NCBI GenBank assembly: GCA_964599475.1
Contig: CAZRFU010000048.1
Coordinates: 1 to 42,041, forward strand
Length of the DNA stretch: 42,041 nucleotides
Source of the DNA: an uncultured Thermoanaerobaculia bacterium
GTDB lineage: Bacteria > Acidobacteriota > Thermoanaerobaculia > Multivoradales > CAZRFU01
Direction: 5' to 3'
Part shown: positions 1-8,457 of the stretch, one piece after another
Layout of the letters: each line of letters starts with the position of its first letter
Position numbering within the stretch: the stretch's first letter is position 1
The notes under the pieces: generated by a model
What the model saw: only the letters and a program-made list of their open reading frames with translations
Told to the model about the DNA's origin: nothing
The model's database searches: none
Position numbers and translations under genes: made by a program

Positions 1-9
1 GCATCCACC

Positions 10-98
10 CCTCCGTGGTGCACCCCGGAGGATGAAAATCAAGTCCGCCGTCCGGCCTCCGTTCCGGATCGGGTCCCGGGTCCCTGGTCCCGGGTCCC
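10..98. repeat. Intergenic repeat copy A: imperfect 22-nt palindrome CCTCCGTGGTGCACCCCGGAGG (10-31) and four tandem heptamers GGGTCCC/TGGTCCC (71-98), then ATTTTCT
   Basis: Read directly. Related copies at ~7928, ~12898, ~15468 and ~18570. The complementary strand gives four GGG tracts (G4 motif). Confidence 0.6.
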
Positions 99-135
99 AT
101 TTTCTGAGCAGAGTCGCTGCGCTACTCTTGTCCGA

Positions 136-888
136 GTGACGCACACTGGGCGGATACTGTTTCGGCGACTGCGGGTGGCTCTCCTGGCGGCGGCGGCAAG
201 CGCCGCCGCCGCCGGTGCCCAAGAAGGCGAGCCCGCCCCGATGCCAGCGCCGGGAGAGCTGGCGCGGGCCAAGGCCCTGATCGATGCGGGGCTGACCGGC
301 GCTGCCCGCATGCGCCTCGAGCCCCTGGTCGAGGCCCACCCAGCGTGGGCGCGCGCGCTCGGCCTGCTCGGGACCACCTACCTGAACGAGCGCCGCTACC
401 AGCTGGCAGTGTGGTGGTTCGAGCAAACACTGGCGGCCGATCCCGAGGAGCTCGCCGTGCGTCCGCTCCACGGCGTCGCCTTGTACGAGCTCGGGCGGCT
501 GGAAGAGGCGCGAGCGATGTTCGCATCGATCCTCGAGCGCCGGGCGAGCTTCGCTCCAGCGCACCTGTGGCTCGGCCGCATCGCCGCCGAGCTCGACCAC
601 ACCGAAGCCGCTCGTGATCACTTCGCCACCGCGATTCGCATTGCCGGCGCCGGCGTCGAGAGCACACTCGAGGCCGAAGCCCGGATGGGTCTCGCAGCGG
701 TCCTGCTGCGCCACGACCAGCTGGCCGCGGCCCGCGTCGAGCTCGAGCTCGCGGTCGCGCTCGACCCGGATCTGCGGGAGGCCTGGTTTCGCCTCGCCCA
801 CGTGGCGGCTCGCCTTGGCGACCCCGACGCCGCGGCCCGCGCCAGCGAGCGCGCCAGCGCGATCGACCCGCGGCAGCCTTCGCCATGA
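136..888 (+). CDS. Secreted tetratricopeptide (TPR) repeat protein
   Basis: GTG start. N-terminal signal-like segment (LLAAAASAAAAGAQ). Repeated Ala/Leu/Arg helical TPR-like units (…LGLLGTTYLNERRYQLAVWWFEQTLAADP…). Stop overlaps the next start (ATGA). Confidence 0.7.
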   Translation: MTHTGRILFRRLRVALLAAAASAAAAGAQEGEPAPMPAPGELARAKALIDAGLTGAARMRLEPLVEAHPAWARALGLLGTTYLNERRYQLAVWWFEQTLAADPEELAVRPLHGVALYELGRLEEARAMFASILERRASFAPAHLWLGRIAAELDHTEAARDHFATAIRIAGAGVESTLEAEARMGLAAVLLRHDQLAAARVELELAVALDPDLREAWFRLAHVAARLGDPDAAARASERASAIDPRQPSP

Positions 889-2582
889 GTCGCGGCCGCG
901 TGGTGCGAATCTCGATGCTGGCCCTGTGCTGGGATCTGCTCCCTGCCGTGGCCGAGCTGCGCTTCACGGCGATGCCTCCCTCGACCATCGACTTCGCGAT
1001 GACCAGCGGGGCCATGCCGAGTCGGCACATTCTGGAGGTCGACGGCGGTGGCGTCGCCCTCTTCGATTTCGACCGTGACGGCGACCTCGACGTCTTCCTC
1101 GCGAACGGCGCCGGCGTCGAACGGCCCGACCACGGCCCGGGCTCGCGGCTGTTCGCCAACCGCGGCAACTGGGTCTTCGAGGACGTCACCCGGAAGGTCG
1201 GCATCGACCTCACTCGTTGGGCGATGGGTGTCGCGGTGGGAGATGTCGACGGCGACGGCTGGGACGACCTCTACGTCACCTGCTTCGGCCCCAACGTGCT
1301 GCTGCGCAACGTCGAGGGCCGAACCTTCGAGGACTGGTCAACTCGCGCCGGCGTGGCGACGCCGGGCTGGTCGACGAGTGCTGCCTTCGCCGACCTCGAC
1401 GGCGACCTCGACCTCGATCTGGTCGTCGTCAACTACCTCACTTTCGACTCCGCCACACCTCCGGATCGGGCCGGGAAGGCCTACCGCGGTGTGCCAGTCA
1501 TGCCTGGCCCGATCGGTCTGCAGCCGGAGCCCGATCGGCTCTACGAGAACCTTGGCCAGGGACGATTTCGTGACGTCAGCAGTGCGGCTGGGCTGCGATC
1601 CAACGGCGCCGACTACGGTCTGGCGGTTCGTGTCTTCGACGCCGACGACGATGGGCGGCCCGAGATCTTCATCGGCAACGATTCGGGTGAAGACCAGCTC
1701 TACCGCAACCTCGGTGGAATGCGCTTCGACGAGGTCGGGGCGCTCGTCGGCATCGCGACAAGCGGCCGCGGTCTGCCGCAGGCGACCATGGGCACCGGCC
1801 TCGCGGATGTCGATGGCAACGGTCGCGTCGACCTCCTGATCACCGCCTTCTCGGACGACAGCAATACTCTGCACATGTCGCAAGCGGATGGGTTCTACGA
1901 GGACCGGACGGCAGCCTTCGGGCTGGCCGCACCCAGTCGGCCCCTGCTCGGATGGGGCGCCGGCTTCTACGACTTCGATCTCGACGGCGACGAGGACCTG
2001 CTCATCGCCAACGGCCACGTCTACCCCGAGATGGATCTTCCGGAGGTCGGCGAGCGCTGGGCCCAGCCGGTGCTGCTGTTCGAGCGCGAGGGCAGTCGCT
2101 TCCGTACGGCTTGTGCCGAAGCCTGGTGCAGCCAGCCGATCCACGGTCGCGCGACCGCCTTTGGTGATCTCGACGGCGACCTCGATGTCGATGTGGTAGT
2201 CACCACCCTCAACGGCCGACCGCTGCTGCTGCGCAACGACACCCCTGCGGGTCGTGCGCTCGTGGTGCGACTCTCTGCCCCGCCCCCGAACCGACACGGC
2301 TACGGCAGCGAAATCGAAGTGCTCAGCGCCGCCGGCACCCAACGCCGCTGGATCACCGGCGGAGGGAGTTTCCAGTCAGTCGATGCTCCCGAGGCCGTCT
2401 TCGGCCTGGCCTCACCCACCGAACCAGTAGCGATCCGCGTCCGCTGGCCGGACGGCACCGAGCAGCGGCTCGAGAACGTCTCCCCGAACCGCCTCGTCGT
2501 GATCACCAAACCCCCGCTCCGGTCTTCGCCTTCCTCCGAGCCCTCGACCCCTACCGCGCAATCTCCAACCCCGAACCCCTAA
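885..2582 (+). CDS. CRTAC1-family protein: FG-GAP/VCBS repeats with C-terminal ASPIC/UnbV domain
   Basis: Multiple DxDGDGxxD Ca-binding FG-GAP-like repeats (FDFDRDGDLDVFL, VGDVDGDGWDDLYV, ADLDGDLDLDLVVV). C-terminal block …GYGSEIEVLSAAGTQRRWITGGGSFQSVDAPEAVFGL…VRWPDG… is typical of the UnbV_ASPIC domain. Confidence 0.8.
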   Translation: MSRGRVVRISMLALCWDLLPAVAELRFTAMPPSTIDFAMTSGAMPSRHILEVDGGGVALFDFDRDGDLDVFLANGAGVERPDHGPGSRLFANRGNWVFEDVTRKVGIDLTRWAMGVAVGDVDGDGWDDLYVTCFGPNVLLRNVEGRTFEDWSTRAGVATPGWSTSAAFADLDGDLDLDLVVVNYLTFDSATPPDRAGKAYRGVPVMPGPIGLQPEPDRLYENLGQGRFRDVSSAAGLRSNGADYGLAVRVFDADDDGRPEIFIGNDSGEDQLYRNLGGMRFDEVGALVGIATSGRGLPQATMGTGLADVDGNGRVDLLITAFSDDSNTLHMSQADGFYEDRTAAFGLAAPSRPLLGWGAGFYDFDLDGDEDLLIANGHVYPEMDLPEVGERWAQPVLLFEREGSRFRTACAEAWCSQPIHGRATAFGDLDGDLDVDVVVTTLNGRPLLLRNDTPAGRALVVRLSAPPPNRHGYGSEIEVLSAAGTQRRWITGGGSFQSVDAPEAVFGLASPTEPVAIRVRWPDGTEQRLENVSPNRLVVITKPPLRSSPSSEPSTPTAQSPTPNP

Positions 2583-2597
2583 CACCCAACCCCTTCC

Positions 2598-4289
2598 CTA
2601 CGGGACCGTCGCCGACCACGCCGTAGTGTCGCCGGCTTCGAAGCCGTCGGCCAGCACCACCTCGGTCGGGATCGGCGCGAAGGTGCGGAACCGGACCAAC
2701 GGACTGACCGCCACTCCGCCCGCCGCTGCGGGATCGGTGACATACCAGCGGCCGAACCACTCCTTCCCGACAAGGCTCGAGTCCTCTGCGATAGCCACGC
2801 TGATCGATCCGAAACCCGCCCCGGCGCCGACCCCTCCGAGCACGGTGGTCTCGAACACCAACGCCGCCGAGACCGGAGGCAGAAGACCGGGGTCTTGGTC
2901 GTCGACCGCAAGCAGCGCAGAGGCTCCGCCGAGACTGTTCCACACCCCCACCGTAAAGCTCGGGTTGCCGACCAACGCCGGCTCGAGGGCGACCATCCGC
3001 GGCTCGTGTCCGCCGCTGCCGAGGATGCCCGTGCCCTGGACCGAGGGGACCCGTGGCGACTCGGTGTAGAGCCGAGGCCGGTCGAAAGGCGGCTGTTCGG
3101 CGGCGAGGCGTGGGTCGGTCAGCGGACGACCGAGAAACGCGATGAGGTCGGCCTTCTGCTGCGGCGTCAAGCCGAGGGGCGGTCCGAGCTCGTTGGGAGT
3201 GAAGTCGCCGCCGCGATCGTAAAACTCGACCACCTCGGTCAGGTTGATCAGCCGGCCGTTGTGCATGTAGGGCGCCCGCAGTGCGACGTTGCGCAGGCTT
3301 GGTGTGCGCATCTTGCCTTCGTCGGCTGCCAGGCCGGTGACCTCCGACCGGCCGATGTCGTCGGTCCTGGGGCGGACGCCGGTGTAGTGGAAGGCGTGGT
3401 CGCTCATGATCGCGAACTGGTGACAGTTGTCGCAACGCCCGACGCCCGCAAAAATCACCCGCCCGGAAGCCTCCTGAGGCGTCAACCCAGTGTTGGTTGC
3501 CAGGAACTGATCGAAAGGGGTCTGATTGGTGAACTGCGTGCGCTCGTAACTCGCGATCGCCATTGCCGCTCGCGTCGCGCTGATTCCGGGGCTCCCGAAA
3601 GCTTCCTCGAACAGCTCTGGATAGCTGCGCCCGTTGATCCAGATGCGCAACGGCGTCGGAATCGATGGAGCCAGGGCCAGCGGCCGGGCAGTCGCGATGC
3701 GATCGATGGTGGCGAGCCAGTCGCGGCCGACGTGCCCCATCTCGACCTCGTTGACGGGCGGACCGACGGCCTGGCTCTCGAGCGCCGCGCCAAAGGGCAG
3801 CTCGGTGACCATGGTCACCGGATCGACGAAGGCCTCACCCGCCCGCCCATCCCAGAACAACTCCGGGGAATAGCCGGCATTGATGGCTGAGACCGTCCGG
3901 CGCGGTGTCACCTGGGGCAGCAGTCCAAACGCCGTCTGCCAGGAGTAGCTGCCATCGGCGTGGTTCAGGGGCACCCCCGGCGACCCGAAAACATCATCCG
4001 GGCCGCCGAAGACACCGTCGGGTCCGGGATGAACGGCAAGCTGGCTCGCTCCTGAGCGGGGGTCGTCTCCCCCGGCCGCCGGGATATGACACGTGCCGCA
4101 CGACACCGTTCGCGTCGACGACAGCTGCTCGTCCCAGAACAAGACCTTCCCCAACAGCGCCTTGGAAGGGGTGACCGGGTTGCCCGGCGGCTCCGGCGGG
4201 GGAGGCAGCTGCGCGCCGGCGGCCGCCGCAAGCCCTGTCAGCGCCACGATCCAGAGGCGGCCTGCCGTCGTCTTCGAAGCACCTGCCAT
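2598..4289 (-). CDS. Di-heme cytochrome c peroxidase (CCP/MauG family) with ~150-aa C-terminal extension ending in the shared tail ...VVLADGFEAGDTTAWSATVP
   Basis: Two CxxCH haem motifs (CGTCH, CDNCH). Signal peptide MAGASKTTAGRLWIVALTGLAAAAGAQ from the internal ATG at 4289. AAGGA RBS on the minus strand. Convergent with the CRTAC1 gene, with only a 15-bp gap. Confidence 0.85.
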   Translation of the reverse strand: MAGASKTTAGRLWIVALTGLAAAAGAQLPPPPEPPGNPVTPSKALLGKVLFWDEQLSSTRTVSCGTCHIPAAGGDDPRSGASQLAVHPGPDGVFGGPDDVFGSPGVPLNHADGSYSWQTAFGLLPQVTPRRTVSAINAGYSPELFWDGRAGEAFVDPVTMVTELPFGAALESQAVGPPVNEVEMGHVGRDWLATIDRIATARPLALAPSIPTPLRIWINGRSYPELFEEAFGSPGISATRAAMAIASYERTQFTNQTPFDQFLATNTGLTPQEASGRVIFAGVGRCDNCHQFAIMSDHAFHYTGVRPRTDDIGRSEVTGLAADEGKMRTPSLRNVALRAPYMHNGRLINLTEVVEFYDRGGDFTPNELGPPLGLTPQQKADLIAFLGRPLTDPRLAAEQPPFDRPRLYTESPRVPSVQGTGILGSGGHEPRMVALEPALVGNPSFTVGVWNSLGGASALLAVDDQDPGLLPPVSAALVFETTVLGGVGAGAGFGSISVAIAEDSSLVGKEWFGRWYVTDPAAAGGVAVSPLVRFRTFAPIPTEVVLADGFEAGDTTAWSATVP

Positions 4290-4356
4290 GTCGATGGTCC
4301 TTTCTTGGTCACGAACCTCATATGCTACCCTCCGATGCTGCAGGAGCAATAGGGAC

Positions 4357-5751
4357 ATGGAATCGACCCGTCGCCGCCATCATTGCGCGCTGTGCCTGAC
4401 CTCGGCCCTGCTGGTCGCTGCACCGGCGGTGGCTGGCGACTGGATCACCTACGTCGACCAAACCGTCACGCGGCTGGTAGCCGACGCCAGCGTCGGCGTT
4501 TCGGACATCCGCGAGAAGGACTACGCCATCGGTGACCTCGATCGCGACGGCGATCTCGATCTAGTCGTGGTCCGCAAGATCCCGTTTACCAACCCGGGCG
4601 GCTTTCGGAACGTCTTGTTCATGAACGAAAACGGCGTGATGACCGACCGGGCGGCGACCCTGGCACCCGCGTTCCTCGACGCCACCGACGATCGCGACGT
4701 CGAAATCGTCGATGTCGACGCAGACGGGTGGCTCGATGTCATCACCGCCGGCACCTTCGAAGAGCAGCCGCGGATCCTGATGAACCTCGGGCGGGTCGCG
4801 GGCGTGTGGCAGGGCCTCGAGTACCAGCCCAATCGGCTCCCGGTTCTCACCTCACCGACCGGCAACGGTCCGAAATTCTGCGGCCTGGGAGTCGGCGACA
4901 TCACCGGCGATGGTCGCCCGGAGCTCTACTTCACCGACTACCAAAACGACCTCGAGGACCGGCTGCTGATCAACAACGGCGCCGGGTTCTTCTCCGATCA
5001 GACGGCGACACGCCTGACCGAAGCGATGGTCGATTCGACCTTCGGCACCGACGCCGACATCGTCGATGTCAACGGCGACGGTTTCAACGACATCGTCAAG
5101 AACAACGCCACTGGAGGGGGCACCGGGATTCCCGTGGCGCCCTCTCCGGAAGGCTCGATTTCCCCGAGCGTCATGGTGCTCTACAACGACGGCACCGGCC
5201 ACTTCTCGGTCTTCGACGTCGTCAACAACGATGCGCCCTACATGGTGGCCCCGGCCGACTTCAACCGGGACTCGCGCCTCGACCTGTTCGTCGTCGACGA
5301 CGCGCAGGATCGCTACCTGATCAACACCGGCAACAACGTCCAAGGGCGTGCCCAGTTCACGACGGCCCTGGTCAGCACCTCTCCCAACACCAGTTTCTTC
5401 GGCGGCAACACCGAGGTCGCGGACCTCAACGGCGACGGCTTGCTCGACATCCTGGTCGCCGATGTCGACACCGACGCCCCCGGCTGCGGCGGTCGCATGG
5501 TCGCCCTGCGCGGCCAGGGCAGCCCGCCGGCCGTGTCCTTCAGCGATCCCCTGGCCGGCGGCAGTCGCCCGTGGGCGCCACAAGGGACTCACGATGTCAA
5601 GGCCTTTCACATCGACGCCGACGGGCTCCCCGACCTCTTCATTGGCACCTGCTCCGGGACCAAGATCTTCATGAGCGTCAACCCGGACTTCCTCTTCGCG
5701 GACGGCTTGGAAAGCGGCGACACCACCGCCTGGAGCTCGACGGCGCCGTAG
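4357..5751 (+). CDS. FG-GAP/VCBS repeat beta-propeller protein ending in the shared tail ...FLFADGLESGDTTAWSSTAP
   Basis: ATG at 4357 preceded by GGAG. Signal peptide (HHCALCLTSALLVAAPAVAG). At least seven DxDxDGxxD repeats (DLDRDGDLDLVVV, VDVDADGWLDVI, DITGDGRPELYF, VDVNGDGFNDIV, ADLNGDGLLDILV, HIDADGLPDLFIG). Divergent from the peroxidase gene, 67-bp intergenic. Confidence 0.8.
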   Translation: MESTRRRHHCALCLTSALLVAAPAVAGDWITYVDQTVTRLVADASVGVSDIREKDYAIGDLDRDGDLDLVVVRKIPFTNPGGFRNVLFMNENGVMTDRAATLAPAFLDATDDRDVEIVDVDADGWLDVITAGTFEEQPRILMNLGRVAGVWQGLEYQPNRLPVLTSPTGNGPKFCGLGVGDITGDGRPELYFTDYQNDLEDRLLINNGAGFFSDQTATRLTEAMVDSTFGTDADIVDVNGDGFNDIVKNNATGGGTGIPVAPSPEGSISPSVMVLYNDGTGHFSVFDVVNNDAPYMVAPADFNRDSRLDLFVVDDAQDRYLINTGNNVQGRAQFTTALVSTSPNTSFFGGNTEVADLNGDGLLDILVADVDTDAPGCGGRMVALRGQGSPPAVSFSDPLAGGSRPWAPQGTHDVKAFHIDADGLPDLFIGTCSGTKIFMSVNPDFLFADGLESGDTTAWSSTAP

Positions 5752-5840
5752 TGAGGTGCAGGCTCCCACCCGCCCCGCTGGCCCCTTGTTCCCGCTACCC
5801 GATACCCCAAGTAGCCGGTTCGCCACTCGCAAATTGCCCC

Positions 5841-5869
5841 TTGACACATTGCGCGCCCCGTGGCACTAT
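5841..5869 (+). promoter_or_regulatory. Putative sigma70-type promoter: TTGACA (5841-5846), 17-nt spacer, extended -10-like TGgCACTAT
   Basis: Perfect -35 hexamer. The -10 is weak (CACTAT) but preceded by TG. Positioned ~25 nt upstream of the small ORF RBS. Confidence 0.4.
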
Positions 5870-5893
5870 CTCATTCTCTTCGGAGCAACGACT

Positions 5894-6022
5894 ATGAAGA
5901 CCTACCCACTGCATCTCGACCCCTCCAGGAGTGACCGCAACGGTTGCTTCGGTGGCCTGTTGCCCAGCTGCCCAAGCCGGCTGGACGACGCCCAAGATGC
6001 TCGCGGAGAAGGTTTTCCGTAA
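5894..6022 (+). CDS. Small 42-aa ORF (MKTYPLHLDPSRSDRNGCFGGLLPSCPSRLDDAQDARGEGFP) in a compact promoter-RBS-ORF-terminator unit; could instead be a non-coding sRNA
   Basis: GGAG is 8 nt upstream of the ATG. TAA stop. A strong hairpin terminator follows. Three Cys. No recognisable family. Confidence 0.35.
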   Translation: MKTYPLHLDPSRSDRNGCFGGLLPSCPSRLDDAQDARGEGFP

Positions 6023-6049
6023 CACCGCCGACAGCTCGGTGTGACGCTG

Positions 6050-6089
6050 AGGCCTTCCGCGACGGTGTCGCGGAAGGCCTTTTTGCTTG
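6050..6089 (+). terminator. Intrinsic terminator: 14-bp perfect stem AGGCCTTCCGCGAC/GTCGCGGAAGGCCT, short loop, then TTTT
   Basis: Read directly from the sequence. Confidence 0.65.
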
Positions 6090-6313
6090 TGGCCTACGTC
6101 GTAGCCGTGGACGCCGTCCATACAGGATACGTGTATCAATTCTGACCAGAAAGAAGCACCAATAGCGAAAGACTTACAAAGTTCGGCATCGGACCGACGG
6201 CACTTCAGCCACACGAGGCGCGCGCCGAGTGTGTTGCGGTGAGGTGTTCCGGGTACGGGTTCCGAGTGCGGTGTCGAAGCGGGACGCGGCTGGTGGCCGC
6301 CGCACCATGCGGT

Positions 6314-6338
6314 TGGGGTTCGATTCCCCGACGGCCCA
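6314..6338 (+). other. tRNA 3'-end-like fragment: T-arm hairpin (TGGGG-TTCGATT-CCCCG) plus 7-nt acceptor-like strand ACGGCCC; no D or anticodon arm
   Basis: Canonical TTCGAxT T-loop between GGGG/CCCC. Upstream GGCCGCC could pair with GACGGCC (6/7), giving a minihelix. It abuts the tRNA-like element. Confidence 0.3.
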
Positions 6339-6408
6339 ACGGATAGCTCAACGGTAGAGCACGAGACTGAGGATCTCGGTGTTGCGGGTTCGAATCCCGC
6401 TCCCCACT
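6337..6408 (+). tRNA. tRNA-like element, probably a pseudo-tRNA: anticodon loop CUGAGGA (GAG), 5-nt variable loop, but the 5' acceptor strand cannot pair with the 3' strand
   Basis: D arm TA-GCTC-AACGGTA-GAGC. Anticodon stem CGAGA/TCTCG. T arm GCGGG-TTCGAAT-CCCGC. The 3' strand TCCCCAC-T has no complement in the 5' position (CAACGGA). GAG would be Leu, but the variable arm is short, so this is atypical. A small hairpin plus T-run follows at 6411-6430. Confidence 0.4.
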
Positions 6409-6767
6409 CTGCAGCAGTAGCTGCCCTTTTCGACGCCGATCGGGAGCCGGTTCGCCCCGAGTGATCGTCCTCGGCTGAGGGTTCGCTCTCAGCTGAACGG
6501 CGATTCGGTCAGGACCCGACGGGTACGCCCGTCGAGGTCCAGCAGCCGCAACGGCCTCGAGCCCCGCCTCGCCTCGGCCAGACCGTGTGAGCCACCGTGC
6601 TCACCCGGAAGGTCGAGGAAGAGCGACGGCCCGCCACCAGCGCCTGTGACCCGCGGCAGAACCGGCTCCCGTGACGCATGCCGAACGACGAACGATCCCG
6701 CGCACGACGCTGCGCACAACCGGCGTGTGTCCACGCCACGACCCCTACGGGGAGGAAGGAGAAGGAG

Positions 6768-7871
6768 ATGAAGATCTTGTGGTTTCGGGTCGGTGCCTAC
6801 GAGCGGGCGTTGGTCTTCCGCGATGGCGCCCTGACCGAGGTGTTGGGGCCGGGCCTGCACCTGCGCGCTGCGCTGTTCGAGCAGCTCGAGGTCGAGACCT
6901 TTTCGGAGCGGTGGCCGTTCATCACCAGCGAGCGGCTCGACGTGATTGCGCGCTCGGGCCGGCTTGCCGCTGAGACCCGGCTGCTCGAGCTCGGCGACCG
7001 CGAGCGCGCCATCGTGCGTGTCGACGGGCGTTTGGCTCGGGTGCTCGGCCCGGGACGAACGATGCTCTGGACCGGCTTTGCGAAGGTCGAGGTCGAGGTG
7101 CTGGACGCCGGAGCAGTCCGGCTCGAGCGCAGCGATCTGAAGACCGTGCTCGCTCTCGAGGGTGCCCGTTCGTGGATCGAAGAGGTGGTCGTGCCGCAGG
7201 GCTCGATCGGCCTGGTCTACCTCGGCGGTGAAGTCCGCGAGGTGCTCCAGGCGGGTGCCTACGCCTTCTGGCGTGGGGTCGCCCACCTCGAGGTCAAGAC
7301 CGTCGACACTCGGCTCCAGGTGCTCGAGGTGGCGGGCCAGGATCTCCTGACCGCGGATCTGGTTTCGGTGCGTCTCAACGCCACGGCGATGGTGCGCATC
7401 AGCGACCCGGTCCGGGCTCTGGCGGCGGCAGAGTCTGCCACCCAGGCGCTCTACCGCGAGGCGCAGCTGGTGGTTCGTGCGGTGGTTGGCGCTCGCACCC
7501 TCGATCAGCTGTTGGCATCGAAGGTCGAGGTCGCCGGGGAGCTCGACACCGCGCTGCGGGCAAAGGCTTCGCTGCTCGGAATCGAGATCGAATCGTTCGG
7601 TATTCGCGACATCGTGTTGCCGGGCGAGATGAAGGCGATCATGAACCGGGTGACCGAGGCGCGCAAGGCGGCCGAGGCCAACCTCGTCACGCGCCGTGAG
7701 GAGACTGCGGCGATGCGTTCGCAGCTCAACACGGCGCGCCTGCTCGAGGGAAACCCGACGCTCATGCGTCTGCGCGAGCTCGAGGTGCTCGAGAAGGTGG
7801 CCGAGAAGACCAACCTCCAGGTCCTGCTCGGCGAAGGCCGCCTGACCGAGCGTGTCGTCAAGCTGATTTGA
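6768..7871 (+). CDS. SPFH/band-7 (stomatin/prohibitin-like) domain protein
   Basis: Strong RBS GGAGAAGGAGA before the ATG. SPFH-type sequence with a C-terminal coiled-coil (…GIRDIVLPGEMKAIMNRVTEARKAAEANLVTRREETAAMRSQ…). Confidence 0.85.
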   Translation: MKILWFRVGAYERALVFRDGALTEVLGPGLHLRAALFEQLEVETFSERWPFITSERLDVIARSGRLAAETRLLELGDRERAIVRVDGRLARVLGPGRTMLWTGFAKVEVEVLDAGAVRLERSDLKTVLALEGARSWIEEVVVPQGSIGLVYLGGEVREVLQAGAYAFWRGVAHLEVKTVDTRLQVLEVAGQDLLTADLVSVRLNATAMVRISDPVRALAAAESATQALYREAQLVVRAVVGARTLDQLLASKVEVAGELDTALRAKASLLGIEIESFGIRDIVLPGEMKAIMNRVTEARKAAEANLVTRREETAAMRSQLNTARLLEGNPTLMRLRELEVLEKVAEKTNLQVLLGEGRLTERVVKLI

Positions 7872-7875
7872 ACCG

Positions 7876-7910
7876 CCGGTCCACGATGGAGGTCGTGGAC
7901 CGGCATTTCT
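7876..7910 (+). terminator. Hairpin terminator after the SPFH gene: 11-bp perfect stem CCGGTCCACGA/TCGTGGACCGG, loop TGGAGG, then CATTTCT
   Basis: Begins 5 nt after the TGA. The U-tract is weak. Confidence 0.5.
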
Positions 7911-7927
7911 CCGGCAGTTGCGACGAA

Positions 7928-8011
7928 CCCTCCGTGGTACACCCCGGCCGGATGAGAACGGAGGCTTCGGTGCACCGCTACCAAGGTACCGGGTACCCGG
8001 TACCCTTGCAC
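7928..8011. repeat. Intergenic repeat copy B: box CCTCCGTGGTACACCCCGG..GGATGAGAACGGAGG, second GGTGCACC core, GGTACCN heptamers (7985-8011)
   Basis: Lies between the convergent SPFH and OsmC genes. Matches copies A, C, D and E. Confidence 0.55.
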
Positions 8012-8058
8012 CCAGCGTGCACGACCTTTGGTGGTCCACCATCTGACCAGGGCGAAGA

Positions 8059-8457
8059 CTAGCCCGCGTCGCTGAGCACCACGTCGATGGTCGGCGGTTC
8101 GAGGATGTGACGCCTGACTGCACACTGATCGACAGCGCGCTGGATCGCGTCGCGATACTTGGGCGGGAAATCCGGCGGCAGGTCGACCTCGATCCGCAGG
8201 GCGCCGATCCGCCCACGTTCCTGGTCGCGCACGACCTGCATGCGCACCGCCAACTGGTCGGTGGCAAGCCCGCGCTGGTGGCAGAACTGGTGGGCGTAGA
8301 ACCCGGCGCAGGTCGCGATCGACGCCAAGAACAGGTCGAACGGCGCAGGCGCCGTGTCGGTGCCTCCACTCTTCTCCGGCTGGTCCGTCGCGATGCGATG
8401 CCCCTTCCACAGTGCGTCGACCCGCTTGCCACCAGGAAACTCGATCCTCATTTCCAT
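8059..8457 (-). CDS. OsmC/Ohr-family peroxiredoxin-like protein
   Basis: Start MEMRIEFPGGKRVDALWKG with a GGAGGA RBS. OsmC-like core with two Cys (…SIATCAGFYAHQFCHQRGL…). Confidence 0.8.
   Translation of the reverse strand: MEMRIEFPGGKRVDALWKGHRIATDQPEKSGGTDTAPAPFDLFLASIATCAGFYAHQFCHQRGLATDQLAVRMQVVRDQERGRIGALRIEVDLPPDFPPKYRDAIQRAVDQCAVRRHILEPPTIDVVLSDAG

Noticed and set aside
4290-4358. Upstream Met (track start 4358) for the peroxidase, and the 4093 start for the FG-GAP gene
   Set aside because: These would overlap the divergent partner's start region. Internal ATGs at 4289 and 4357 have RBS-like sequences and begin proper signal peptides.
6337-6408. Calling the element tRNA-Leu(GAG)
   Set aside because: The variable arm is only 5 nt, whereas Leu tRNAs are class II, and the acceptor stem does not pair. 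Kept only as a tRNA-like or pseudo element.
6300-6420. Possible tRNA-Sec (selC) or tmRNA at the tRNA-like locus, given SelD in the window
   Set aside because: No UCA anticodon loop, no 8/5 or 9/4 acceptor/T architecture, no long variable arm, and no tag-peptide ORF ending in ALAA with a paired GGGG acceptor. Neither model fits.
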